NCBI GenBank assembly: GCA_038496445.1
Contig: JALMLS010000510.1
Location: forward strand, 62,001 to 126,000
DNA: 64,000 nt
Source: Trichosphaerium sp. ATCC 40318
Taxonomy: Eukaryota; Protista; Tubulinea
Reading direction: 5' to 3'
Shown: piece by piece, positions 35,468-49,882 of the stretch
How the letters are laid out: each line of letters starts with the position of its first letter
Numbering within the stretch: position 1 is the first letter of the stretch
Notes under the pieces: model-generated
Told to the model about the DNA's origin: nothing
Database searches by the model: none
Seen by the model: the letters and a program-made list of their open reading frames with translations, nothing else
Made by a program: the position numbers and the translations under genes

Positions 35468-38400
35468 ATGCAGCGCTTCATAATCACAGTATTCTGTCAG
35501 ACAGTATTTGGATCATTACAAAAGACAAATTGTGAACAGTTAACTGCCTCTGTATTCAAGGTACGCATAACCTTGAGGCGTTTTCAGTGATACAGCAGAG
35601 GACTGTTGAGATTGCGTCAGAAAGGTTTTTTGAGAACACGTGATTTTTTGCAAACTTTCCTAAACACAGCATGCAAATACCACTAATGCGCATAACTTGG
35701 TGCCTACACAAGAATATTTACCTCAGTTAACAGCATAAATTGACACTCACTTAAAAATTCAATTGTTCGTTGTCACCCAGAATTGTTTTTAGACTGTTTT
35801 CATTTTATTTCTAAGCCAAGTGTGCCTATACACTGAAATGAAGTACACATGGAATGGATATGAATATTTAAAGGTAGAAATGGGTTTATAAATTCAGATT
35901 TAACACTTTAGAGGAGGAGTGCGTTTAATAGTATCACGTGATCAGTTGTACTTTCACATAACCATTTTCATGGTCTCAAGTTAATTCAAAAGTATGGGCA
36001 TAATAAAGCTAGTCCCGAATAGGGACAAGTATACGATGGGTTGCTATTGCAACTTGCAAAAAAAAAGTTTAAGTTTATTTTTCTCAAGAAAGGCTTCTTT
36101 TTCGTATCACACATTCATACCTACAACAGATAGCACGAACCTCAACGTTTTGTTATGGAGCTAGCTGACCCACTGATTGAGAAAAAGTGTATTAACAAAA
36201 CCAACCCATCGTGTATTGGCTGGAAAGCAGTATGGGAACCACTCTCTGCCATTGAACGCAAGAACACTGCTACAGCAAATTACTTCTATCTAATGGTTAG
36301 TTTTAAAATCACGTGTTGTGTGTTATTTACCTAATCAATCCAACAGAGGTTTTTGTTGATAACTACAAGCGTCATTGGCATTTTCTACACTATCTGGGCG
36401 TTAATATTATCTGTCATGTATTTTAAAGCAGTGCCTTACGAGAAGTTTTCCCAAATATTCACGGTTCTCTATGCTGTTTGTTTGCAGTACTGACTTCCTT
36501 TTCTTGTAGAGCGTTTCGTTAGCAGTTTATTTCACAGGTTATAAACCAGTACAACATCTTTTGTTTATTCAACCTATCAGCTTTTTTGTCATGATTGCGT
36601 TTACTTGTGTCATCGCAATATATCACGGAGTGATTGTAGTAAAGAACGCCAAGTATGTCATGTGATTGCATTACAATAAACCTAATAACCATGCATTTAG
36701 AAATAGCAAAGATGTCATCCCTCAACTGAAGCACTACACTCTGTATCTTACAAATGTCAAAAAGTTAAAAAGTGAGAATGAAAGTATTGCTAAAAAGATT
36801 GCAGAGGAGTTTTCTCAGTACGGAGAAGTGGCAATGGTTTCAGTGCCTTTGCGTCAAAAAGATCACGTTGAGTTATTGATGAAACGGGATGCCCTTTTAA
36901 AGAAACGAGAAGATCTCGAGTATTCAGAGAAGATGATTCCTATCAGCAAAAAAGGTAGGTAATCAATCACGTGTCTTTATGCACTAATACTATATAAGAG
37001 AAACTAGACGTTAAAATTGGAGATATAAGTGATAAGATCGTTGAACAAGAACGGTTAGCAAAACCTACTTATGCAGGAGATGCTTTTGTTACATTTTCTT
37101 CAACGGCTGGTCCTTGCTCAGTTTACTCAAACAGGAAATATAAGATAAGGTTAGGACCACGTTATACTATTCTCAAAAAATCTAACAATTGGCGTACCTA
37201 GAGGGATTAACTACAAGCAAGCGCAGAATCCTGATAGTATGGACATGAACAATTACACAGTCAGAAAAACAGTTCTTGTTCTGAAAATACTATGCACGTG
37301 ATAGAGATTTGTGCATTCTTTTTTTTTTCGCACAAAAAAATTCTTTTCTGGGTTGTGCTTCACTCTTATTTCTTTAATAGTCACACTGGTGATCGATTAT
37401 ATACTAACTGCATTTTTATCTTGTCTCATTGTGTTACCAAACATTTTAACAAGTGACTCTGTACGAAATATTTTTTTGAACTTTTTTTTTGTGATTGTTT
37501 CTAATTGTTTTGTTACAGGAGTGCTACGAAGTAATCAGTTATGATAATATACCTTCTTGGTTATCAATCATAGTTACCTTATCTAGTAGTATATTCTTTA
37601 CTATTGCTGAAAAAGTAACACATTTTGTACAGAACAGTACGTGACTGAGGCTCTTTCTTGTGTAAAAAAAACCCAACTTTACTAATTTGTTCCTAGAAAT
37701 GTGTGATAAACTTGTTCACTTTGTGACCTACGACTCCAAGGTACGGCACCAAATCTCATAATCAATTTAATTCAACTTGTTACCTCATGTTTAGAGTATT
37801 CTACTATGCATTAAGTATATCAATATCCGTGTTACATTTGTGTTAACAATATTTTTCATGTACTACGCTTGCTATATTTCAGACATAGTCAACGCTTTTG
37901 ACAACAACGAAAAACTAGAAGATGCTATTCAGCCGCTTGGATCAAGTACAAAAGCTATTGTATGTGTCAATATTGATTGATTAACAGTATCTTTGTTACA
38001 AGCTCATCTTTTTATTTTATTTTAGCTTGTGTTTTATTTATCGTCAATTTGTATTGGGAACTTTATGGAGATTTTCAGCCCTAAAGATCGGATCTTTGCT
38101 CTTATTGGCCTGTACCTACTTTCATATAATCCTTTGGGAAGATGAGTTGACTAATCAGTAACATTAGGAAGGTTGAAAAGGAGCCCGAGTTCCCTTTGAC
38201 AGATAGATATGGTGATTTAGGCTTGGAGCTTTTTACATCTATTTTGGCTCTTATTTCATCACCTGCAATATTTGTATTGTTTTGGATAAACCTGTTTATC
38301 AAGTATTGGAGAGACAAGTACTTAAGTACGATAACAGCAAATACATGCCACTACAAATGGTTTTTTGTTCCTTAACTAACACTTTTTTTTTTGTACTAGT

Positions 38401-38968
38401 TTTTAACAAATACAAAACAAGACTTGGATCTGGAGATTTCGCATCGCAGTGGATATCTGCATTTGTGCTTGCTGCTATTGTGTTTTTTTTTATTTTATTC
38501 TCAACAGTGATGAACCTTCACCATATATGGGGGTCGTAAGGACGTCAGTTGTACAATAAAAAATACTAACTTTTGTTTTTTGTAGCCTTACTGGTTCAAA
38601 AGTTGTACAAGTGGTTGAAGGCCCGTTGGTTGGTTCTTTACTTTACTCTTTACCTCTCGTTGTATGGGCTGTTTCTATCATATCAGCAAGTATATACGTG
38701 AAACGGTACAGAAGAAAACAAGCATTTGATGACCTTCTGTGGACTCTACAAGATGGTGATTTTGATACATACCTCGGTCCCAATATAACGTATTTACAAA
38801 CAATGAGTATGCCTAGGTGTGGCATGAATGCTTGTGCGTTAAAACTTATAATCACTAGAACACTAACTTGTCTTTTTTAATACAGACTGTGAGTATTACC
38901 TTATGGATCACGTTGACTGCGAAAGCCCAATTACAACTGCAAAAGATTCATTACTTGCTGTAAATTAA
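35468..38968 (+). CDS. Polytopic membrane protein, OSCA/TMEM63 (TMC/anoctamin superfamily)-like; 5' end uncertain
   Basis: YTLYLTNV...FSQYGEVAMVSV, coiled segment, GDAFVTFSS, AQNPDSMDMNNY, multiple TM exons, FIKYWRDKYL. Confidence 0.6.
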
Positions 38969-39240
38969 GGTGGATTCATATTAAATAAATCGAGAACATA
39001 CTAGCACATTGAAAAGCATACCAGATTACAAAGTACCATTCAAACCTAACTGACAATATCGGCACTAGTTCAATATGTTTTACGCTGGCTTTAATCAAAA
39101 AATAGCATTCAATCCTTGCTGCATTTATATGTCGAACCAATACGTGAAATCAAACAAGAGTTGATTAAGCTTTAGTTTCCAAAAACAAGATGACAAGTGG
39201 AATAGTAACACTTTATTTGTTGGGTTTTTTTTTTTTTAAT

Positions 39241-42200
39241 TTACACGAATATAATATCATTACTCGGATCTTTCCTATGAGCAGTAGAACTTCTTGACCT
39301 TGGTTGTTGCCCACCAGAAAGTTGTGCAATCTGTTGCATCTTAAACATAATATCACCTTCTTCTTGATCAGGCTTAGGCTGTTCAGCTGTTGATTCATCA
39401 TCACTTGAAGAAGCAGCAACATCTTCTTTGGCAGTAGCATCTTTCGAAGCTTCAGCTTGGTGCTCAGCTTCAGACCCATCCGGGTCAAGTTTTCCCTTTG
39501 ACTTTTCGAGCCTCTTAATCAACTCTACTAAGTCATCCATTTGCTCATCTTCACTCTCACCTGCTGCCATGCTCTCAGATGGAGGATTATCGAGCATTTC
39601 TTGTAGCTGTTCCATCCTAGTACCCTCACTATCTTTGCTCTGGTCCATCTGTGATTGAGACTCGAATCTAGAATCCGCTGATCGTACAGAGTACGGTGCA
39701 GATTCCTTACGAGCACCAATACCTCTTGCTGAAAATATTCTGCGTTCGGAATCAGAACCTAGTATGAACACATGAGTAAACAGAAAAAAAAAATTAAAAA
39801 AAAAAAATAAGGCCTTGGTCTTCGTACGTTGTCGCTCTATGGCTTGAAGTTTATGCCATAAGTCAATCTTACGGCGTAAGAGTTGCTTCCAAGAGTCACA
39901 GGAAGAACTAGATGGCGCTTGCATCCAGTACTTTCGCACTTTTGTATTAATGTAGAACGAATGTCGTTTACTACAAAAACAAAAAAAAGTAAGCAACAAA
40001 TATTTGCCAAAAGCAGACATTGACATGACTGCCGGTATTGTCGGAAAACAAAAAGAATAACTCGTACCCAGGGTGTGAATCGTTGTCCGGGCTAATAGTA
40101 GCATCTTTGAGGCTAATAACACCACCCAAGTCTACAAACTAGCGCAAAAAAGTGTTAGTAATGAAAAAAAAAAGAGATGATTGTGCTTCTAAACAAAAAG
40201 TTGGCTTACCCTATCGCTTGAATGTGGTTTTTTACGTAAATAATACATATCATAATCATGCAGTATAAACCACAACTTCTTCCAGTGCTGTACGAATGCA
40301 CCTACAGGCCTACTTTTAGAACCAAAGCAAATGGAGGAAAAAGGTACATTGTATGTACATACCTTTTTTAGCCAAGTAGCCTTCTTTCTCCTTTTTTAAT
40401 CCAAGAAGGAAAGGTAACTCATATACGGGTGTCTTTTTACCCATAAGGCTACCCTGAATTTTAATTTTTTGTTCTTCAACGAGTGCAGCCAAGTCAGTCT
40501 GTCGCAACAATTTGTCAATACAAAAAAGGAAAAAAAAAAAGATGTATGAAGATATTGTAGATTTAGGTATACCTTTGCAGTCTTAACCCTTTCACCACTG
40601 ACACCAAACTCTCCAATGACGTAATCAAAAAACTGCTCTATACCCTGAGGAGCAACTTCAAGATCGGTCATACAGCCAACTACAACGTCATCTCTTAGTA
40701 AGAAAAAAAAACCAACAAAAAAAAATCACCAAGGTGGTGGTTTTTATTAAAATGCGTACCAAAGTAACCCAAAGCCCTGCTTACTAATCTAGATGTATAC
40801 GCTATAATCTTTGGAGAGAGCGCAATATCATCACCTCCAATTTTTTCTGTAAATTCGGTAGAAATGCCGTCTAGACAAGAAATAAATATGACACACAAGT
40901 CAAACTACTAACAACAAAAGAATTAAGAATTAATCCTTACCCCAAAAGTACTGCTCCCAAAAAGCTAGACTAAGCCATACACGATGTCCTCGTATAAACT
41001 CCCTCAATGGTACGGATTTCTTACTTTTACAGCAAATGACATTTGCGTATTCTAGTACTGTCTTTGCCATCAAGAAATCCACTCTGAAAAAAAAACTTTA
41101 GACAAAAGATACAGTTTGAGTCTCAACAGCATTGTTCTTCAAGTACCTCTCCTCAACGTCCACATCTGCCAAAAGCAAGTCAAGGAAGTACAATAGTACA
41201 TCAAAAGAGTCTTGAACAAGAGAAATCTCATTACCACTGCTCGCGCCAATAGCTTCAGCACATCTCAAAAACAAGAACAAGAAAATTCGTTTCCCTTGCT
41301 CCTGAGTTAACATAGTCGAATATTCCTCTTTTAATGAGGCTGACATTTCTTCAGGTTGCTGTGAAGTGAATATCATCATGAGACTAAACCAAAAAACGTT
41401 AGTACCACCTCTAGAGAAGATATAACCAACAACTGACGTACGTATCTCTCAAGTGGAAAATGAGCCTCTTGTTTATCTTCTTTTCATAGTAGAAGAATCC
41501 AAAAGGTTCACTATCACCTTCACGAGTCGTAGTCGCTATTTCAAGGCGTCTTTTAAGACCAAGAAGGTCTGCATCATCTTTCTTCAAGTCTAAAAAGATA
41601 AAATTTAGTAAAAATAGGGTTTTCACTGAAAACAATCTATTAATACTCACCTGATATTGCAGAATTATCAACGTCATAACACGTGTTCAAAGCATATGTT
41701 TTTGCCTAATAAAATAAGCTCTAGTAGTCAAAACAAAAGAGAAAAAATTGCAAGTTGTAGTTAAGTACGCACTGTTTCAACTTGTTTTGACAATGCTACA
41801 ATATGCTCTTCTAATCGCTTGGCCATCATCGTATCACCACCTGGTGACCTTGCTGACAGAGGAGCTTGTCCAACTATTTCTAGAGGCTCTAAAAATGAAT
41901 TGGTCATTATTACAACAAAAGATCTATGCGAGAGAGATTGCCATTACCTTCACTAACTGAGCCCTTCCTTGATGATTTTTTGTTAAATCTCATAGACTTA
42001 CGCCATGATTTCTTGGCCTTTTTTAAATCGAGATCAGGCATATTAATATTAGTATTTGACCTGGTATGTCTAACACCATCTCTAGGAGGTGATGTCATCT
42101 TTGGAGGTGTTGAAGACATATCAGAACGATTAAATTCAGATGACAATTTACGCCTCGAAGATCCTCTCTGAGACGACCTTAACGAAGCCTTCTTGTCTGG

Positions 42201-43572
42201 TGTCGTTCTCTTCTCTGATCTACGCTCTAAAGAGGTGCAACAGGTCAGTAAAATACAGACTCAAACTCGAACATTGCGTACTCTTTGAGCTCTTGGAGCC
42301 TCGAAGTGTTAGCGTCTTGCTCCTGTGTTCTCGCGTTTTTGGTGCATACGATTCGTTCGCTAGTCTTAGCTGAAGTTCATCATTCTTTAACTGGAGAAGA
42401 GTTGCAGCCTTGGTCCTCTCACTTAAGCATACTTTGAGTTGCTGTACTTGAGCTCTTAAAGCAGCAACTTCGGAGTCTTCTCCTCGGAATTCGTCGAAAC
42501 GAATAAACTTTGCTTTTGTATCAACTTGAGCCATATCATTCACGTCTAATGGAAAAGTTGCCATGTCACCTTTAGGCGCAAGACCTTGTGTAAGATATGG
42601 AGATAGTTTATTCAACGCATGAATGTTATGTGAGACCTAGTGATGAAACAAATTAATTCACTTTTGTCTCCTTTGAATATATTTTTTTTGAATTTTTTTA
42701 GTGATGAAAGATACCTTTGTAATGCATCTACCAGAATAAAGATCCTGTAGAACGAACATATCTGATGAAGCCATACCAAGGCGCCAACAAGCGTCAAGAT
42801 ACTTTTCAATATTTTCCTATTTTGACAAAAGTCAGAGAGAAACCAATAAAAACAATGACGTAATGAGAGGAAGGAAAGAGAAAACAGCAAACTTGTCTTT
42901 TTTTTCGGTTTTGGAAATCTGCGAGTGATTTCTTGTTTTTTTGTGTACTGAGCTTGCTTTGTCGTTAACTAGGCGTGAGTGTTACGTACACATTCTTGTA
43001 GCATATGCAGATGATCTTCAGTGTTGAATTTTTTTATAAAGTTCGGAAGAAGCTTGTTAATCAACCTGTTAAGTATAAATAAGATAATCTACAGTTACAA
43101 CGCGATCGCAGACAATAATTTTTTTTGCAAATTCGGTTTTTTGGCGCTTTTTGTTTCAAAACAGTTTGTACGCGTTCACATATACGTACTTGCATAATAT
43201 AACACCAGTCTTCAACGATGCGAAGATATCATGCTGGTTTGGTACCGGTTCTTCAATAACCGCCTCTATCCACTGCAATAAGCGTAACTCCCACGTAATA
43301 TCGCGTTTTTCATGCTTCTAAGGGATGTTGTGAGTAACAAATGTGACAATTTCTAATAACATGTACAGTCGCATAATAACCAGAGCCTTTACCTAACAAG
43401 CGTATTAGCGGTACGATAAAGCAGATTTTTCTGAAAACAAAAAGACTTTGAACAAAAAAAAAGCGCTATCAGCGCAGCAACGACAAGAACACATGATAGC
43501 AAACAAGTAAAGACAATACTAACCGAAAGTTTTTTCTTTCGTTTTGCTGGTATCTGCAACGCCGTTGAGCAT
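39241..43572 (-). CDS. Calponin-homology + coiled-coil + helical (SBF2-like) + PH domain protein
   Basis: CH: LLQWIEAVI...FASLKTGVILCKLINKLLP...ENIEKYLDACWRLG...DLY. PH: KEGYLAKKGAFVQHWKKLWFILHD...GVISLKDATI...SFYINTKVRKYWMQAPS...DSWKQLL. Confidence 0.8.
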
Positions 43573-43820
43573 TAGCTTATTGTACAAATTCTCCTTTAAA
43601 ACAGCGCTAGCAAGCCAATTCCGCCTCCCTCAAAACAAGATTACCCCGAGAATTTGCAAGAATTTCAAAAAACAAAAAAATCTTGCTATTGGCTTAAAAC
43701 TATCCTACGGTATGCTTAAAACCACTGTGGTGCACTAGAAACAACTCCGACGCAGTTTCCTTAAAGAATCGAAGGGTTTTTGTTGAAAATTTTTTTATAT
43801 CTACAAGTTGTCAACCTCTA

Positions 43821-46800
43821 TTATCTCATCACTGTCTTCTTTCTTATGAGGCACTAATAAGCAAATAATCTAGGTCAAAAAAACTTAGTTTCATGTAACC
43901 GCGTAGATAGGTTCTACAAGTAGAGAAAAAAAAAACCCAAAAGAAAAACGTACAAGGCATACGAAACAGATGCAGGCAAGGCTTAGAAGTACAATACCGA
44001 TAATAAGGTACGTTCTATACTCTTCCCAAAATTGCGTGTTACTGTCATTAATCTGAGCAACTGGCGACGCTGATACCGCCGTTGCTATTTTGAATCGACC
44101 TACCCCAGTTTTGAGTACTTCATTGCTGTCCAGGGACAAAGGGTAGGTTCCAAGTTGTATTAAGTACTCCTAATAAAATCGTTAAGTCGGAGTTGTAATA
44201 CAATTTTTTTTGGGGCTGTTTTTTAGTGTACCTTTCCCACTTGCGCTTTAAAGGTAACTCTACTTTTAAAATCGCAGTCATCTGAACTGCATTCAAGTAA
44301 TGTTTCTTCTTTGAGCGATTGACAGTCATTAGTGGCATAGACAGCCATCTGCATGCGACACATTAGAAAAAAGAAGAAAAAAAAAGGTTTCTTCTTTTTC
44401 TTAAAGTAAATGACACGTGCCTTTGTGTCAACATCAGTGAGTTGGCATGTGTCAATTGTCACAGAATTATTTGTTGTGGATTTCCACTTGAACCATATAT
44501 CAGCTCCTATACCCGACTCTCCTGCTATAATACAACTAGACAAATTTTGTGCAAGAATTCCGGTAGTAGCCCTTTACAAAAACAAATTATGATATGTAAC
44601 CGTATTTGGACGTACTCTGTATTATCCCAAGGAAACAATCCAAAACCAGATATATTTAACGCTCTAACGCATTCATCGGCGACTATAAGGGCGTGTCAGA
44701 ACAGAACGAAGACGACGGAAAAAAAACCACAAAAAGCGCTTGGGTTTTTTTTTCCAAAAACTTCATACCTGAGACTGTTATTGGTAACGGTGCTTCTGGT
44801 TCTGATTCAACAAGACAATTGGGATATCTATACCTGACCTCTTGTTCAATAAATTGTCTTATAACCCAGTTAACCCTTGAGCTGTTATTTCCGTAATAGT
44901 TCTCTCTTCCCATGTACAAATTTATATCATCAAGACTACCACCGATTTTACTGTTATCACAATAGCTCATGATAGATCCTACAATGTGATAAAAGTGAGT
45001 GATAATGAGTTAGTTTACTAGATAAAGAAAAAATTACCTCCTGTCCCAGGAATGGTTTCTTCTCCGCTGTAGCAATTATCTTCCTGAACAAAACTTAACA
45101 AAATTTTGTACTGAAAAAAAAAAAAGTTTTTGATGAAATCTACCTCATTGTTACATTGGTCAATTGGAGGTGTAGGAAGCTTTCCATAGTCAAAACAATC
45201 CAAGTCTTCCTCTTTATTGTAGCAATGTGTATGTTGACTATTAAAGTTGTGGCCTATAATAAACGAGTAAGTAATGGTTTTTGTCACAAGCAAAAAAAAG
45301 CGAAAAACTGTTTCTTTATCAGTTTTTTAACGGTGTTTTTTTTTCTTGCAAACCTTACCAATTTCGTGGCCAATAATTACAGTTTCCCATTTCAGATCTA
45401 ATCTCCTTGTACCTGAAATACCTTTTGGATATCAAAATGTGAGTCATACACAACAAAGACAACAACGGTCGGCAAGAAAATGATTGAAAACATACCAAAT
45501 GGACTTTGTGTACAAACATCTCCAAGGTAAGCTTCACCGCCAACACCAACACCTATTATGAGATGTACTATCCCAACGTTGTTTTGAGGTATTAAAGCGC
45601 TCTTGGAGCCACTGTTGATGAACAAGAAAGATTAGTTATGAAAGTTGTTTTTTGTATTTAATGGCAATGTGAGTGTACCTCTTATACTCCAAAGCTAATC
45701 TACGTAAAGCAGCAGCGCGATAAGAATCATAAGGAGCATTATATTGTGCATCAGAGGGCCACGGTTGTGACTCTAAGATGGGAAAATTAGTTCATTTTAA
45801 GGAGAGGTAATGCTTTAAATAAATATGGGTTATTCTTTGTAAGGCACGTGCCTAGTTCTGGGTAGAACGAAGATTCTGCTATTATTAGACGCACACCCAA
45901 GTCTCTTACATACATTGTATTTATACGGTTAACTACAGTAGCAATATGATCGCTAGCAGCCCGATCTGCGTGGTCACCACTATCATTAAAAAATTTGTAG
46001 AATGTGTGATCTGTCTCAAAAGACACCTATGAAAGGCATTAATATCCTTGGTTTATACTTTAATATGGAAGGGTACCCTGACTTCGTATACTGGTTGCCA
46101 GTCAGAGAAAGATGTTGGACAGTCTCTAAAGTACTTGTTAATGGTTTTTGATGCGTTAGTGGCCACGTGCTTGCACTACAAATGACGTACATCTCAAATC
46201 TGCGTTTGCCCCTCTTTTTACCACGTTTTTTATACGGGTAGCTTTTAGGGTGGTTATGTGTTCCACATTTAAAAGAATGCATTGGATCCTCATATCCAGG
46301 AATACCTTCTTCATGACTATTCAATGCTAACGTGTCTCCTTGTAGATGACCAGTAAACCAAGATTTCTACAAAAAAAAATCATCAAAAAAACGTCTCCAC
46401 AGTACTACTATTGTGAAACATTGCTGCTTTCAATGAAAAAACCCTACACCATAGATCACGTGTATTAAAGATATTTAAACATAAAATTCCCGCCACCACG
46501 TGATCACCATGTGCATCTTAAAGACTTTTTGTTTTTTTTTTTCTTGAAAGAAACTAACCTTGTCGTGTATCCAAGCTGTCACGTTTCTAGATTCGTGAAG
46601 CGTCAAAAAAACTTGAGATTCAATATCTGACGTGATACGGCCTGTAAAAAAATGGGACTCTAAAGAAAAAAAGGTAGTTAGCACAGAGGGAGCAGTACGT
46701 CAATAAAAAGATGATTTTTTTTTTGAACTGAATTTTCTTTTTTCAAAAGCCTCTTATAAAGTTGTAACTCCAGAAAAACGCGTAATCTGATATCTTGTCA

Positions 46801-47225
46801 TTATCGGCGATTTTTCAAAGCGAGTTTGAACGATAAACCAAAACTAGCCAAATGTACTTTAAACCATAAGCTAATAGTATTTTTACCTGGTATGCGCTTA
46901 TACCCTTGTCCAGCAACGAAGATCCGTGCGTCCTTTGCGTATGGACTGTGTTCCTTGTGTAAAGTATATCCACGCCTTTCAACTACCCCACTGTGCTCCA
47001 GTGTAAGTTTCGCCGGTGTTTTTAATACAAATGTACCGTTTATTGGTGTAAGCGTGTAATTCAAACTCCACACCCTCTCCATGCGCGTGTGGGTTTGATA
47101 TTAACTCCTCAAATGAAATTGATTCTGTAGAGACACTTACTATTACAAAAAGCAACTACCTGTAGTTAGAATGATAAAAAAAGGTGTATTAAAGGCCATA
47201 CGATTAAATACAAAGCACAATTCAT
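43821..47225 (-). CDS. Membrane-anchored M12B/reprolysin-like zinc metalloprotease
   Basis: Signal peptide; cysteine-switch-like FKCGT; GEAYLGDVC; HEIGHNFNSQH zinc motif (spliced); Met-turn GSIMSYC; C-terminal TM LIIGIVLLSLACICFVCLIICLLV. Confidence 0.85.
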
Positions 47226-47731
47226 AGCTTGTAGTAATTACGGGGATTTTTGGGGCCAAACGCTTACACTCCCAACGTAGAGCCCAAATACGCCGCAATA
47301 CCTGCCGTCTGTTGGTGGTCTTTTATAGATTTTACTTAACTAATTTAAGCTCAACAACCTCAATACACGTCACTTGTTATCAAATGCAACTTGAAGATAA
47401 TACGCAGTATCTAGCTGGGCCTATCTACTATTAAAGTACTTTTACAAGTTTCCTTTTTTGAGAAGTTCTGTCTCAATTTTTTTGTGTTTTTTTTTGGTTC
47501 AGCTTCTAGCAAGATGCATCATATTGTTCTGGAATTATTGAGATACTCAAAGAGTATACGCTGACAAAAGTAAAGATTTTTGACGTCCGTATTCTATATT
47601 TATTCTTAAGACCGCTATTAATGCTCAAGAAAGCGTGCTTGCCTTTCATATTGTTATATAAATGCGTCGTGGCATACTTTAAAAGCAAGTCGTCATAGTA
47701 CATTTCTGTGACAATATTGCATGCAATCATT

Positions 47732-49447
47732 TCACTTTTGTAGAGAAGGTAGCAACCCTGGCATAGGTAACTCTGGAGACGGTTCCAGATCTGGTAGAGA
47801 ATCGAAATCTCCTATTTCTTGAGTAGGTTCAAGCTCTGGCATTGAACTTGAATCGTCTTCAGACTCTGTGACTGTCCTCCCTAATTCTTGAGTACGTTCC
47901 AACTCTGGCATTGAACTTGAGTCTTCTTCTGACTCTGTGACTGTCCTAATGTTATCAAGAGCTTCCTGTTTAGTGATAACAACAAAGCCACCATTTGGTA
48001 GACTTTGTACGACATAACCTGGAGGTATTACAGTACCATCATGATACATTTCTTCCTTTACTAGAACACCATTTATATCCCAATCCCTATACCATCCGCA
48101 AAATTCACCTTCTTGAATCCATCTCTCTGCACTTCGTTGACCATTATCGTACCACTCAACATGTACACCTTCTCTTATATCATTTTTTTTCTCTATTATA
48201 CTTCGAACCTTTCCATTCTCATGCCATGTCTTGTGTTCACCTTGTATCTTGTCTCTACGACAATAGTATAACTCTTGTAATTGTCCATTAGGATACCACT
48301 CTTTATGCTCACCTTCTTGGCGTCCACGCCTGAAAAACATTTGCATGTGCTGAACTCCATTTTCATACCAACGAGTTACAGTTCCTTCAACACGACCTCT
48401 TCTGATATGACACTGTTCCTTTAAAGTACCATTTCTATGATACGTACTTACTCTACCAACCCTTTCACCATGGCTAACATAATACTCAATCTTGACTTGA
48501 CCGTTACGATACCACTCTTTGACATCTCCTTTTTCTTCACCTCGTTTAAACTTTTTTTGTATTTTCATCTGACCATTAGTAAACCACTCTGTTGATAGAC
48601 CTTGACGTATACCATTCTTGAAATTCTGTTCTGCCTGTATTTGACCAGACTCATACCAAATTTGTTGTTTTCCATGTCTGATACCTTGTTTGAAGTTCCC
48701 TTCCCTGTGCTGTGTTCCATCCTTGTACCACATCTTCACAGTGCCATGTCGCCTATCCCTTTTCATAAAACTCTCTGTTTGAAGCTGTCCATTCTCAAAC
48801 CAACTCTTGTGAGGACCTTCCCTTTTCCCTGCAACAAGTTGTCCACGTTTTTTTATCTTACCATTCTCATGCCAAAACGCCCACTCTCCTTCCGGCACAC
48901 CATTATGTACAGTCTGTATAGCAGCGAGATTCCCATTTGGATGCCATTCCCTCATCGTACCGCCCATAACACCGCGTTCTGCAAATTCAATCCTCCGTCT
49001 CAACGTTCCGTCTTCGTACCACTCTGTGGACCTTGTATCGCGTGTTTCTACTGCTACAGCACCGCTTGGGTACCATTTAATCCAAGGACCAACGCGATTA
49101 AGATCATAGTCGAAATGAGTCTTCACAGCAGCTTCCTTTGATAACGTGTGCCTATTTAATGCGTAAACAACGTAAAAAGAACGATTTTTAAAGTTGTTGT
49201 ACCATTTCGTAAACGGTTCTATCCCAAAAGTGCAAATATACTGCTGTATCTCGTTTGGCAAGTCTAATAAGCGCGTTGCGAGTAGTCTAACTACAGTTGA
49301 TTGTAAGTGTACAAAAAAAAGCCTAGATCGTCTCGTACAGTCTCTAGGCATTGCTTTAGCCCTAGGGGGTGCAAATGATGGTCTGTTCGCTAGAATAAAG
49401 GCCGCATCAACTTCGATAGATTCCTCGTTTAGGTGGAACTTCTTCAT
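47732..49447 (-). CDS. F-box + MORN-variant repeat protein, intronless, with acidic repeated tail
   Basis: 571-aa ORF; F-box core LLDLPNEIQQYICTF; about 14 repeats of GxxxxWYxNGQxxxExxFxxG. Confidence 0.85.
   Translation of the reverse strand: MKKFHLNEESIEVDAAFILANRPSFAPPRAKAMPRDCTRRSRLFFVHLQSTVVRLLATRLLDLPNEIQQYICTFGIEPFTKWYNNFKNRSFYVVYALNRHTLSKEAAVKTHFDYDLNRVGPWIKWYPSGAVAVETRDTRSTEWYEDGTLRRRIEFAERGVMGGTMREWHPNGNLAAIQTVHNGVPEGEWAFWHENGKIKKRGQLVAGKREGPHKSWFENGQLQTESFMKRDRRHGTVKMWYKDGTQHREGNFKQGIRHGKQQIWYESGQIQAEQNFKNGIRQGLSTEWFTNGQMKIQKKFKRGEEKGDVKEWYRNGQVKIEYYVSHGERVGRVSTYHRNGTLKEQCHIRRGRVEGTVTRWYENGVQHMQMFFRRGRQEGEHKEWYPNGQLQELYYCRRDKIQGEHKTWHENGKVRSIIEKKNDIREGVHVEWYDNGQRSAERWIQEGEFCGWYRDWDINGVLVKEEMYHDGTVIPPGYVVQSLPNGGFVVITKQEALDNIRTVTESEEDSSSMPELERTQELGRTVTESEDDSSSMPELEPTQEIGDFDSLPDLEPSPELPMPGLLPSLQK
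47810..47947 (-). repeat. 69-bp coding tandem duplication (RTVTESExDSSSMPELExTQExG x2)
   Basis: Two near-identical units visible in both DNA and protein. Confidence 0.9.
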
Positions 49448-49882
49448 AGTACGTAGCGTAACGGGAGGTGATTTTTATAGTTCAGTGTTTTCGAGACTTG
49501 CCAAAAAAGGCAAGACTTAGCATGGTTAAGTCATTATCATTCCTCGTGATTTATACACGCTTAGCCGCTTCAGGTATTGTTCAAGATGTTGCACTAAGCT
49601 GTTGCCACCAAGGATCCAACGCAGAACGATGAAAAACACGTTGCTTTTATATGTGATCAAGTGAAGTGTAGCGGCACGCAAAGCGTCGCAAACTGACGTC
49701 AACAATACATAAATATGGGACAATACATTGTAGTTGCGTAATTGTCGTAGTCAAGTTGTGTTAACCAATGGAGTTTGTGGTATAGTACACAAATGGGTCT
49801 AGAAATAGCTCGTGTATGAAGTAGGTTGACTACGTAGAAAAATGTGAAATACCAAAAACGTGATAATTACGGCATACTCAGC

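Noticed and set aside
47732-49447. Toxin-antitoxin YwqK antitoxin or an endogenous virus segment
   Set aside because: Similarity reflects only MORN-variant repeats; there is no toxin or viral core gene, and the flanks are intron-rich host genes.
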